From Veleropilina oligotropha (taxonomy: Eukaryota): DNA of 64,000 bases. The notes under the pieces are model-generated. The model was given only the letters and a program-made list of their open reading frames with translations, was not told where the DNA came from and ran no database searches. The position numbers and the translations under genes are program-made. Positions 15,201 to 27,200 of this stretch are shown in pieces (positions within the stretch are counted from its first letter, which is position 1; every line of letters begins with the position of its first letter). The DNA lies in assembly GCA_048128005.1 (NCBI GenBank), contig JBEUKZ010000076.1, positions 1-64,000 on the forward strand. The letters run 5' to 3'.

Positions 15201-18200
15201 ACCGAGGTTCACCTGTTGCTAGTCCCCATGGACATACATGTGATAAACCCAAAATACCATTCCAGGAGGTTGGGGTCAATATTCCAGGAGATTCCAGGAG
15301 TATTTTTATCGGAGGATTTTATCGTCGATTTCGTCATATATTTGAAATTATATGAATAAAAAGGCATTCATAGAAATGAAATATTATATGTAGTTACAAA
15401 CATACTTACGTCCTTACTCTTGCCATAATAGTCATATTATCGCCAACCGGAAACAGTGAATAAAGTCACATTTAGGCACTCCTTTTAAGTCAAACACTAC
15501 GATTACCTCCCCTGCTCCACCTCTCCTAAGTTCCCCCAGCGAGATCTCGCCAAGTCTCGCGAGACTTCCGAGCCATCGAAGTCACAAGACCTCAATTCAA
15601 AGTTTTCCGCCGAGACGGAAAGACGTGTTTTTTGCTCCGCAAATATTTCGAATGTCCGCTGGTTTATACGTTAAATCTAGGACGCTATAAATCTTATATT
15701 AGTATAGTATAAGTTGTGGAATATACCCTGTGTTGTGGATATCAAACACAAGTGAATATAAGATCTGATATAACAACTTCAAAGAAAAAAGTTGTGAACA
15801 TCAAGTGAAACCGACATCGCCGCTGTTGCAGGGAAAAGCATGGCCGCTTAGAGGGGAAGTTTCGTGTAATAAGAAGAAATTTCTGGTCGGTATTTTTATC
15901 TGATATTGTTTGAGACTGCAAACAGGTAACTCATTATATTGGATAATTCCTTAACGACGCTATTGCTGGTTATTATTGTATAAAAATTCTAGCGTCGTTA
16001 ATAGGCAGGATCGTTTAGATATCACTATTAGTTATTCTGATTCCGGTCCGCTGATGCGAACAGTAGTGGGATCGACCCCCGGCTGAGGCAGCAGACATTT
16101 GTTCAAGTTATGAAGCACAGTTGTCCGTGACTGGCCGAAGAGGGTGGGTTTACCCGGCGAACGGGGTTTCCTCCCGCGATAACACGGACATGTCCTGCCT
16201 TGAACCTCGATGTTATAAATATACAGGACATTAAGCATAATTCCTCCTCCTTCCTCCTAGTTATTCTGATATCCTGCCGTTTCTGGGATAATACGCCATT
16301 GTACTAACATAAAAACATCCACGAGGTTTTCAGGTGTTTTTCTGGGCGGTTTTTTCTAAGAAAGAACCCCCGTTTGTTCTAGTCAATTTGCCGGGTTTTT
16401 TACCGGGTCGTGCCGGGTTATTACCCGGCCTCGGTGTTCCCAGTTCGGGGTTTTTTGCGGTATATCGCCTGATCTTTGATCTTCAGATCAGAGCAATTTT
16501 GAGAGTTGTTGTAGTAAAAGTCACAACTACCAGGGCTGGACAAATGCACCAGCCCGACGCCCGGGACTAGTGAAAAATCGCAAATTATGCAATCGGACTA
16601 GTGTGGATGTATATCGAGATAGCCCGCCGGACTAGTATGTTTTGTTTGTAGCAAAAAGGGTTTCGCTCAGCCTCAACGTGTTTTCAAAATCGAAATGCAC
16701 TACGTTTTGGTCAAATCTCATGTCAGTTTTGCGAAATATAAATCCCCATCAAATATGTTGTCTGTATATTTTGAGCAAGCAAATATTTACACAATATCAA
16801 TTAACAATTGTTTATTCAAAGACAAACTAGTCACAGCTAATTACCTTCTATTGTATCTGAAACGAAATGGCCAGGCAAATTATATTCAATGTCTCCTTGA
16901 CCTTCGCCTGAAGTAATCCTAGAACTTGACAATGGAAGCGGAAGTGTGGAATTGTGGGTGTGAATAGCTTAAATAATTTCCATGCATGTATAGATAATGA
17001 ATTAAAGAAAGTAAAAATTAAAATACAACAACACATGGAGTGTTTGCTTAGATAAATATACCAGTATGATGATATAATAACGAAAGTTACATCCAATTGT
17101 AAGAGAGTTGTATGTTAATATAAACCTAACCTTCCCCATCTGGGAGAGTTCAATACCTTATCCGCCATTTTGCTCACTTGCGAGATTATTTAAAAGCTTT
17201 TTTAATCTTTATTTTATTTAATTAATGCAACCTTAGTATATAAGCATAAAATAGTTTAAAATTGCATTACAACATGCATAAGAAAGAAAATAAATTAAAA
17301 TGAAACTTGAAAATTAACAAAACACGTCTGTGGGAGAACTTTTAGAATCAAAGGGAGATAACTCAAAATTATAATGTAACTGGGAATATTCTAAAAAATA
17401 ATACTCAAACTTCAAAATAATTTCTTTTATAATTAATTTAATTGTATTTTATATCATGTAAATTCATGCAGATTGGTATTAGATAAATAACTGATATAAT
17501 AATAAACACTTAATTTTAAATATTATAAAATTGTGATTCTATCATTACCTATGGCCTAAAAAATATATTACAAAACTGAGTTCAATTTTTTCAGTCAATG
17601 TCATTGTTATTCATATAAAAGTGAAATTATTTAAAACAAGACCGATGCGTTCGGATTATGTCTTGACCTTTGTCTGCTAGGACCATCTGTTATATGTATA
17701 TTAGTGTATGTTAAATGTGATTATACAATCTAACATAACATATTCATATGATGTATTTACTTCCAACTCATGATTTTCTGACAGATGACACGGACCATTT
17801 GATAATGTCTTGTCCTTTTATGTATTTGATACTAGTATGTTTGTGCACATAAACAAAATTTTAAAATTTGTATATAAATGTTCATTTTCATTGTTGAAGA
17901 CCATAAATGCGTGTAATGAAGAAGGATCAAACTCGATCACCACCTCGCCCTGGAAATTAATATTATTTATAACATTTCGAAAAAGTCGGGCTAGTGTGCC
18001 ATTGAGCAGGGCTAGTAAAATGTTGAATCCAACTAGCCCTTGGGCTAGTAACTTTTTTTCAAATTTGTCCAGCCCTGCAACTACCATATATATACTTATT
18101 TAACTACCCCGTCCACCCACTACCACCCTCCCGTGTATTCAGCTATGGTCCGGTGCAGTAGCTCCGGGTGTAACCAGAAGATTCACGGCTTTGATAAGCA

Positions 18201-21200
18201 CACGGAATGCCGTATTCACCGTAGTTGTAGTAAAAAACATCAATGTGATCTGTGCTTTCTTTTATCAGAGAAGCAGTGGGCGGTTCTATCCCACCCGGGT
18301 AAGTCGACCAGGGCGACTGCCACGGTGGGTCCTCCCCCGGAGAAGGGTCAGGAAGAGACTGGTAAGTTAAGGGATAACGTTTCTTCTTTGTCTGCTTCAG
18401 GGACGCTGGACGACAGCCGACGTAAGGTACCGTCTGTCGCCGGATCCGCCGGCGAAACCTCCGCGACTCTTGGAGGAGTCGCCGAAACCTTGCCGGGACC
18501 CCAGATTCAGGTAACGGCCCGAGTGCTGACCGTTCCTCCTCAAACGGGCCTAGTAGCTGCAGCCAACCATACCTTGCCGGCTAGCAAGGTATATCTGGCA
18601 GCGCAGCGAACAGCTGAGCAGGGCAGACGATCCCCCTCCTATTCTTCGGCCTCGAAGAATCCGGGGAAAGTTAGTCCTTCTGCGGGAAACTCTCCGTTTA
18701 ACGACGGGGAGCGACCCAATGAGAAAGCCTTTAAAGAGGCCGGACACCATTACGATGGTCTAAGATCCGGACAATTGGCGACACCTGAATCCTCGATCGA
18801 GACCGACGCGACTACCCCTAGGGGTTTTCCGCTCAACCTCGAAGCTCACGAGACGTTCAGAGGGCCCGTTCTTTCCCGTGCACCCACGATGGTCACGCTA
18901 GAGAACGTGGACAGACCGGCTGCGTTCGGTGAGGGGTTCTACGGCGGTTTTCCGACCGTGCCTCTCTCGAACAGAGTGGTAGACCGATACGGACTGTTGC
19001 CGCAGTCCTACCGGTCGTCCGGCCCACTGACTGCGCCTTCGGGCCAGTCGTTCGGGTTCGACCGCTCGACAAGTGCCCTGGGACCCTGGTCCTCGGATCC
19101 ACCTGTCCGTGCAGCCCGTCTACCTAGCGCCACGGTTTCCTCGACTGAACTACCGGCTGTTAGTTCGACGCCCGTCCTGCCTCAGGGTTTCTCTTTGGAG
19201 AACGTCCAGGCATGGATCGCGGCGGGGTTCGAGGAACAATGTAAGGCCTGGCCGACGGCTCCCCAGCCGCGCCTGGTACCTACATATCTGCCCTTGGCGC
19301 AGAGCACGGCTCCTGCCTCCGTGATGGAAATCGACCCTCGTTCCGACGAGGACCTCGGTTCCAATCACTCCGACCTCCCTGAATCGGTCGGGCCCGAAGA
19401 CGTTAGTCTTTCAGGCACGCAGGAGCCGACCTCCTCCACCCGCCGAAGGCTCGACGCCGTTGCGTCACTTCGCGGGGTGCTTGGCCTGCCGGAACCGACT
19501 CGGTCGGCCATAGGTTCAGCCAAGCACAGGACGGCAGCACATCGGTTTGTTGAGAGGGAAGCCCCCGAGCTTCCCTCCTTACCTCAGTCTGGGCTGGTTG
19601 ATCTGGTGGTCGACTCGACAACCAAGCTCATACAGGGGCGCAATCCGGTGGAGTCCTCCCCGCTGACCGAGTTCCCTTCGGGGTTCCGTAGTGGGAGGTA
19701 CCTCCGGGCCAGTACGCGAGCGATCCCGTTCGCCTGTACTGGTCCGTGCCTGGCGACTGAGCCGGCTCATGTCGACGCAGCGTTGCGTCGACTGACCGCC
19801 AGTCACACTCCCTCCGTGGCGAAAGTTCCTTGGTCCGCCTTGGAAGCTTTCGAGAGCGCCGCCCGACGGGCTCTGCGGCTGTCGTCCGTTCAGGATTTTT
19901 TCTTGGACGGCGCGATAGCCGTACTACAGGAGGAAGGACCCGGCGCCTGTGAGGCTGCCCTGTCCTTCCTCCAGGAGGTTGCTGCCGCACAGGAGACCAG
20001 CGCGTTGGAGACGGGACGTGTCCTGGGCAATGCACTCCTACTTCGTAGGGATGCTTGCCTGGAAGGCACCTCGCTAGACGAGGCCACCCGGCGCTCGTTG
20101 CGATGCGTGCCTTGCTCGGCCGCCACTCTTTTTGGCGACAACTTTACGGAGTTCGTCGACAAGAGAGCGGCGGACATGAAGGACCGTGCCATCGAGAAGG
20201 CGGTACTGCACCCTACCCGGGGTCCACCTGCCGACTCGAGGAAGCGCTCAGGGCCCACCCGGACCCCGAAGCCTTCTAAGCGTGCGAAGCCCTCTTCGGG
20301 TGGTAGGCCTCCGGCCAATAAACCCACTCCGACGAGGCGAGCACCTCCAGCGAAACCCCGTAAGCAGAGCGGGAGAGGGAAGCCTCGGCCCTAGGGCTGC
20401 CGGCATTTGCGACGGTCCCAGCTGCCCGCTTCCGCCGGTGGGAGCGTGTCTGTTAGCGTACAGCCAGTCGTGGTTGGAACTAACAGACAGCAGCTGGGTC
20501 CACGTAGTCGTGAGTGCCGGATACAAGTTGGCATTCAACCGGCATCCGACCCTAACCGAGGCACCACCACCAAGACACGCTCGCCTCCTAAACGGAGAGA
20601 AACAAGCGGTCTTAGACCAGGCAGTGCGGGATTTGCTCCTAAAAAGAGCGATATATCCCGCGCCGCCCAGCACACCAGGATTTTACAGCCATTTCTTCCT
20701 GGTCCCGAAACCCGATGGCCGCTGGCGACCGATCCTCGATCTCTCGCATCTCAACCGATATCTTCGTACCGAGAAATTCCAGCAAGAAACCCTCTCGAAG
20801 ATACGAGCGGCCATCCGTCCGGGAGACTGGGCAGCGTCTATCGATCTGACCGACGCGTATCTGCATGTCCCGATGCATATCACGGCTCATCAGTACCTTC
20901 GGTTTTTACACGGGGAGACGATCTACCAATTCAGGTGCCTACCGTTCGGTCTATCGTCAGCCCCGTACGTCTTCACGAGAACAGTACAGGCCCTCGGAGC
21001 CTTCCTACACTCTCTAGGGCACAGGGTACATATGTACCTCGACGACTGGCTGATCCTCGGGGCGTCCCGGGATCTGTGCCTCCGGTCTACGAGCTTTACC
21101 CTGTCATCGACGAAGCGCCTGGGATTTCAGATCAACGAGACAAAGTCCTGCTTCGTGCCCTCGACGACGTTTACGTTCCTCGGAGTCGACTTCGATACGG

Positions 21201-24200
21201 TCCGGTACACCGCGAAACCGACCCAGAAACGTATGCGGAACCTACGCGCGGTTATCCAAGACACCCTGTCATCGGACATAACTACAGCGCGACAACTGGC
21301 CACTGTCCTGGGGCACATCGAGTCGGTAGCGACCCTGCTACCGACGTGTCGCATGGACAAACGACCGTTACAACAGGCGTTCAGGGATCGCTGGATACAA
21401 CGGATGGGGCAGTGGACGGATCGCATCGATCTTCGGCATTGGTTTACCAACACGACAGCAGTGTGGTTGAACCCTGCTTTGCCGGACCAGTCGGTTCCTA
21501 TATCCCCGCCAGAGCCGAACGCTTACCTGTTCACAGACGCTTCGAACGACGGCTGGGGTGGTCACCTCGACAGTTACGAGACATCAGGCCTATGGCCGAC
21601 GGACCTTCAGGGACGACATATCAACTTCCTAGAGTTAGAAGCCGTCTACCTGTCAGTACGGTCCCTCTCGTCACATCTCCGCAACAAGCACATAATGCTC
21701 GCCACGGACAACACGACTGTCGTCGCTTACATCCAGCACCAGGGCGGCACTCGCTCGCGTCCCCTTTGCGACCGAGCAATAGACCTACACCGCCTAGTGA
21801 TGTCCCTCAACTCGACGATTCGAGCCCGACACATCCCGGGAAAGCTGAATGTCAGAGCGGATTCGCTCTCTCGGAAATCACAGATAATACACACAGAGTG
21901 GACGCTACACAGCCGAGTAGCTCGGGACGTTTGCCGCCGGTGGTCGCAACCCCAAGTCGATCTGTTTGCAACAGATTTCAATTACCGACTACCTCTGTAT
22001 GTCTCCCCGTACCCGGACCCGGCCGCCCTAGCGGTCGACGCACTGTCAATGACATGGGAGAATCTGTCCGCGTATGCCTTCCCCCCGTCGTGCATTCTGA
22101 CACTGGTATTACAGAAGGCATCGAACGAACGTTGCGAGATAACGCTAATCGCGCCCCTGTATCGCACGCAACTTTGGTTTCCGACCCTCCTCGATCTGAT
22201 CGTCGATCGACCGTTAGCGCTCCCGCAGAAACCGGACCTGTTAATGCAGCCGCGCACCCGTGTACTACATCCATCGCCGAACGACTTACGTTTACACCCC
22301 TGGCGGTTATCGAACGATCCCTTGCTAAGAAAGGATTTTCTCACGCAACAGCCCTACGCATCTACCGATCGAGAAGGCTTTCCACGACAAAAGTTTATGA
22401 CTACCGACACAGGGGCATGTAACGCTCCTTATCGTTCGTCTGTTCCCGTTTGACGATTAGCGCAGTTCACTGTTACTATATAATATAGACAAGGGAGGCC
22501 ACTAACGGCAGCGTGCCCTGCACTCGACTCGATAGAACGACGAATAAATTGCAAATTACGCCTATTTAGCACTCAGCGCTGACACGTATCGATAACTAGG
22601 TTGTTCAACAAACAATATATTGAAAAATTAACTTACATACCTCTCGCAAACAGCTACTAAGTCTCTCTTGTAAACAACAACGTATTAAACGGGACACCTT
22701 CTAACTTTCCCTGAAACTCCGCCCTTGAATATGACGTTCGACCTAATTATTTCATTGGTCAATATTCGACCCAACGGTTTGGAGAAACATTATGAATTTC
22801 CGTAAGGGACATTCGTAGAAACAAACTCGGTGCGATATATTGATTAACGGGCTATGTTCTCATGTACTGACAAATGAACAACAAGAGAATCAATCAATAT
22901 CTCGCACCGAGTTTGTTTCTACGAATGTCCTTACGGAAATTCAAGGGCGGAGTTTCAGGGAAAGTTAGAAGGTGTCCTGTTTAATACGTTGTTGTTTACA
23001 AGAGAGACTTAGTAGCTGTTTGCGAGAGGTATGTAAGTTAATTTTTCAATATATTGTTTGTTGAACAACCTAGTTATCGATACGTGTCAGCGCTGAGTGC
23101 TAAATAGGCGTAATTTGCAATTTATTCGTCGTTCTATCGAGTCGAGTGCAGGGCACGCTGCCGTTAGTGGCCTCCCTTGTCTATATTATATAGTAATAGT
23201 GAACTGCGCTAATCGTCAAACGGGAACAGACGAACGATAAGGAGCGTTACATGCCCCTGTGACTACCGATGGGTTAAGTACGTGGATTGGTGTCACAGCC
23301 GGCAGGTCAATATTATCCGCCCCCCTGTGAACAAGTTTATCGAGTTTTTATCATCGCTCTTTGAATGCGGTATGTCAGTGTCCGCCGTCAAAGGCTATCG
23401 GGCAACGATCGCGACCACGTTGAAACAGTGTCGTGCCCATGTTGGCCTATCTAGCGACCGAACGATTTCGGATTTTATACGATCCTACGAGCTCGAGATG
23501 CCGACCCGAACCATACGGCCACCTGCCTGGAATATCGTTCTCATTCTTAACGCTCTACACTTACCCCCGTACGAGCCGATGTCCACGGTGTCTATGAGGA
23601 ACTTAACGCACAAAACGGTTTTTCTGATCGCCTTAGCGTCGGGCAGGCGTTGTTCCGAGATTCATAGTTTATCCGCCGAGCTACGAGATATTCGATTCCA
23701 GTCAGACGGGTCGGTGATGCTGCGTCCGATTCTGGGCTTTCTCGCCAAGAACCAACGGCCGAACGAGGACGCACCTGATATTATTATCCCCAAGCTTACG
23801 CTGGTCTGAAGGCACGATGTAGACCGGTTAAACTGCCCCGTGCGGGCCCTACGCTTCTACCTCGACAGGACCCGTGATATGCGGCAGGGAAAATTATGTT
23901 TATTCATTTCGTATTTACCAACTTATACCCGCGACATTACGAAGACGACTGTTTCGCGGTGGATTTCACAGGTAGTGAGAGATGTATACCTCCGCTGTGA
24001 AGAAGTAGACCGCACTACTTTGTCGGTCCGCGCGCACGAGGTCCGTGCAATTGCTGCGTCTATTGCCTTCCGACACAGTTTAAATATCACAGCGTTGCTT
24101 CAAGCAGGTTACTGGAAGAATGCAAATGTCTTTGTCAAACATTACCTGCGGGATTATTCAACAGGGGCTGATGGGTTGAGCAGCTTACAGTGTGTCGCTG

Positions 24201-27200
24201 CTCAACGATGTATTGTTAGACCGAGGTCGTCTAATCAGTGAGTATTGTTCCTTGATTTATCAATTTACATAATCTGTGCTGATGCAATGCTATTGTTATG
24301 CCTAGCTATTCTATGAAATAGACATTATGAGGCGATTCAATGTATGTTCATTTCTTAAAAACATTTTAAGATTTTGATACTTTCATGTCATACCTGAGTA
24401 TTTTGACAAGCCAGTTCACATTGAATTTAATAAACAATTATTTTGCATAAACGTCTTATAGAATTTTGAGGTTCAATATTATTGATGTTCTAGGCTGTTA
24501 CAAAGAACATACGATGTTCAAGACATTGACAAAATTTTAATATTTGCTTCCTTAAAATTTATTTTAAGTAACATGTTGTACTCATGTTAGCTATTCGCAA
24601 GTTGGTCATGCGAATCACTTATTAATATCGATTATTATAAATAATCTATTAATTCTTTGCTTAAGATTTGATATATTCACAGCCTAACTAAGGTTCCGTG
24701 TGCTTACAAATCCGACTGCTTCCTCTGGCTACCTGCCTTTGGGCCGGAGTACCATTTGGCTGCCACTGGTCCATGACACGTAAGACCTACAGGGATTCAT
24801 CCTTCCGGCCGTGCCTGGGGCTGAGTGCACTTCCGCTTCACCTCGTCCGACTAACACCACGGCGTATTCTCCCGGTAACACTGGTCGAAATTCTCGCTTG
24901 GTAAGAGTTGAATATAATATTCAGTAAATTCCACTCTGGGCGGACACAATCGACGCTTCATGCTGATTGAAATATTGAAAAGTAAGTCATTATCTTGTTT
25001 GGGTTTGCTGTAAGGAACTTCTTACCCACCTATCCAAGGTTATTCTGGCAAGAGTAAGGACGTAAGTATGTTTGTAACTACATATGAGGTTTTTAATTAA
25101 ACCTAATATTAGTTAAAACATACTTACGTCCTTACTACGATTACCCACCCTGCGTTTCGCATTCCTCCCCTCTACTAAGTTCCTTTGGGGTTCTGAACTT
25201 TGAATTGAGGTCTTGTGACTTCGATGGCTCGGAAGTCTCGCGAGACTTGGCGAGATCTCGCTGGGGGAACTTAGGAGAGGTGGAGCAGGGGAGGTAATCG
25301 TAGTGTTTGACTTAAAAGGAGTGCCTAAATGTGACTTTATTCACTGTTTCCGGTTGGCGATAATATGACTATTATGGCAAGAGTAAGGACGTAAGTATGT
25401 TTTAACTAATATTAGGTTTAATTAAAAACCTCATTTTATTTATGCAATCAAAACAATACCATTAAATATAATTAAATATATATATATTAAACACCATAAA
25501 ATAATTATATAATACAACCTTAAATATTTACAATTCTTATTGTATATATATCTTCAGTAAAGTACAACATGCACAGCCTTAATTACTTAATTACTTGATC
25601 AGCATAGTAACATATGTTGTCATAACAAAATTAAACCTAAAAAAGCTGATTATCATTAATAATCTTATATTTTTAAAAGTTCTTGCGGACAATCCAGATT
25701 ACCTTTGCGGTTAGGCCTAATAGCTATGTACTTTGCCGATAAATGCAAACTTGTATTAAATCACTCGAGCTCAGATCATGTCAGTTGCGCTAATCCCTAT
25801 TATTTGGCAACTCTACTGAAACTCGTGATGAGTAATTAAACAATAGACATTTTCATAGCATTTATTCCCAATTAATTTGCTTTATCAGCTCTATTGACAT
25901 CTAATTCTTTGTGAACTACGGTCCTACATCAAATAGATCACAACGTTGATTCGAAAATTATCTTCGTATTAAATAGTACAAATTTAAATACCCGGTGCGA
26001 GATTATTTTGTAACGCAACATAAAGAGATATGAAAGTCGGAAAACACTCGTATATTTCCGTAAATAGTTCCCGAAATTACTGCGTGACAATTGCTATCAA
26101 CACAAAAGCACGCTTCAATGTTTCAACAAAAGAACGCTGAGTACTTGTGGTAAACGAAGTATCAAACGAATATTTTGACAATAATCTTCATGCTCTATCT
26201 TGTTCTATCTACACAATTTATGTAGAGATATATTGTTACAGCATCTACTGTATTTGACGACTTATTAAACGAGTTCCGTTATCGACTCCAAAACTATTGC
26301 GGATAAGAAATAACATTGCGAAAATAGCTTTGAGGGAGAAATCAAGATATTCCGGTAGGAATTTGTCATTTCGGGAGATTTCTGTCATTTCGGGAGTAGG
26401 CCATTTTGGGGGTGCCGATTTCGGGAGAATTATACTCCCGGCGGGAGGTATCACATGTATGCATGGATTTAACATTAATGATGCGGAGATGAAAAACCGG
26501 ATTTCCAAAGTTGAGTAAAAGCCGGAGCTGTGGGGAAGTACCGAAAAAGCGCCCTATCTTGCATTACACTACACCGAACGTAGCGCCAACTTTGCTACAT
26601 TAATTATAACATGAAAATTGTTAAATTTGAGATTTATGCAAAAATTTGTTACGTGTCTAATAATATATCATTTATTACTATATATTTACCACGCTCGCTA
26701 TCATCGTCACTAGACTCTGATGGCATTCATAGCACTATGAATGCCACTCCAATGGCATTCATAGTGCTATGGTGCCGGATGTGACGTATGATGAATAGTT
26801 GTGCGTATCTACTCTATGTCCTAAGATGACCTCCACCAGTGCGTAGATCTACTCTATGTCCTAATATGACCTCCATTCAAATATTACGTTTATTTTTACG
26901 GGATTCTGGTTAAATGCTGATGTAAATATAAGGATTGAACTGCAGTTTGATGGCATTTATGGTTGTATAAATGACACCCGCCATTCCATCTTCTCTATGA
27001 GAGCGCTGGCGCGCTCCCATAGAAAATGGAATGGCGGGTGTCATTTATACAACCATAAATGCCATCAAACTGCAGTTCAATCCCTATATATATAGCTATA
27101 TGATTACATAGATACTTTATTTCAGTTGGGAATTGTCAACAAGGAGCCGGTCGTGCATCCGAGACAGCCATCTCCAGGAATCCGACCCAGTTCTGGAAGC

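Larger units (their letters stand above)
15386..25434 (+). mobile_element. DIRS1-type tyrosine-recombinase retrotransposon, structurally complete
   Basis: Inverted terminal repeats about 15398-15604 and 25196-25402 with distinct outer ends; internal complementary region 25046-25136; gag, RT/RNaseH/MT and YR ORFs; no TSD. Confidence 0.95.
14988..26554. mobile_element. Non-autonomous TIR DNA element (about 1.5 kb once the DIRS is removed)
   Basis: About 39-bp TIRs gggtgctctttcggtacttccccacagatctggctttta / taaaagccggagctgtggggaagtaccgaaaaagcgccc; flanks CATCTT / TATCTT. Confidence 0.75.

Noticed and set aside
18550..22344. Many minus-strand ORFs inside the DIRS
   Set aside because: Expected in GC-rich dual-coding sequence; no motifs
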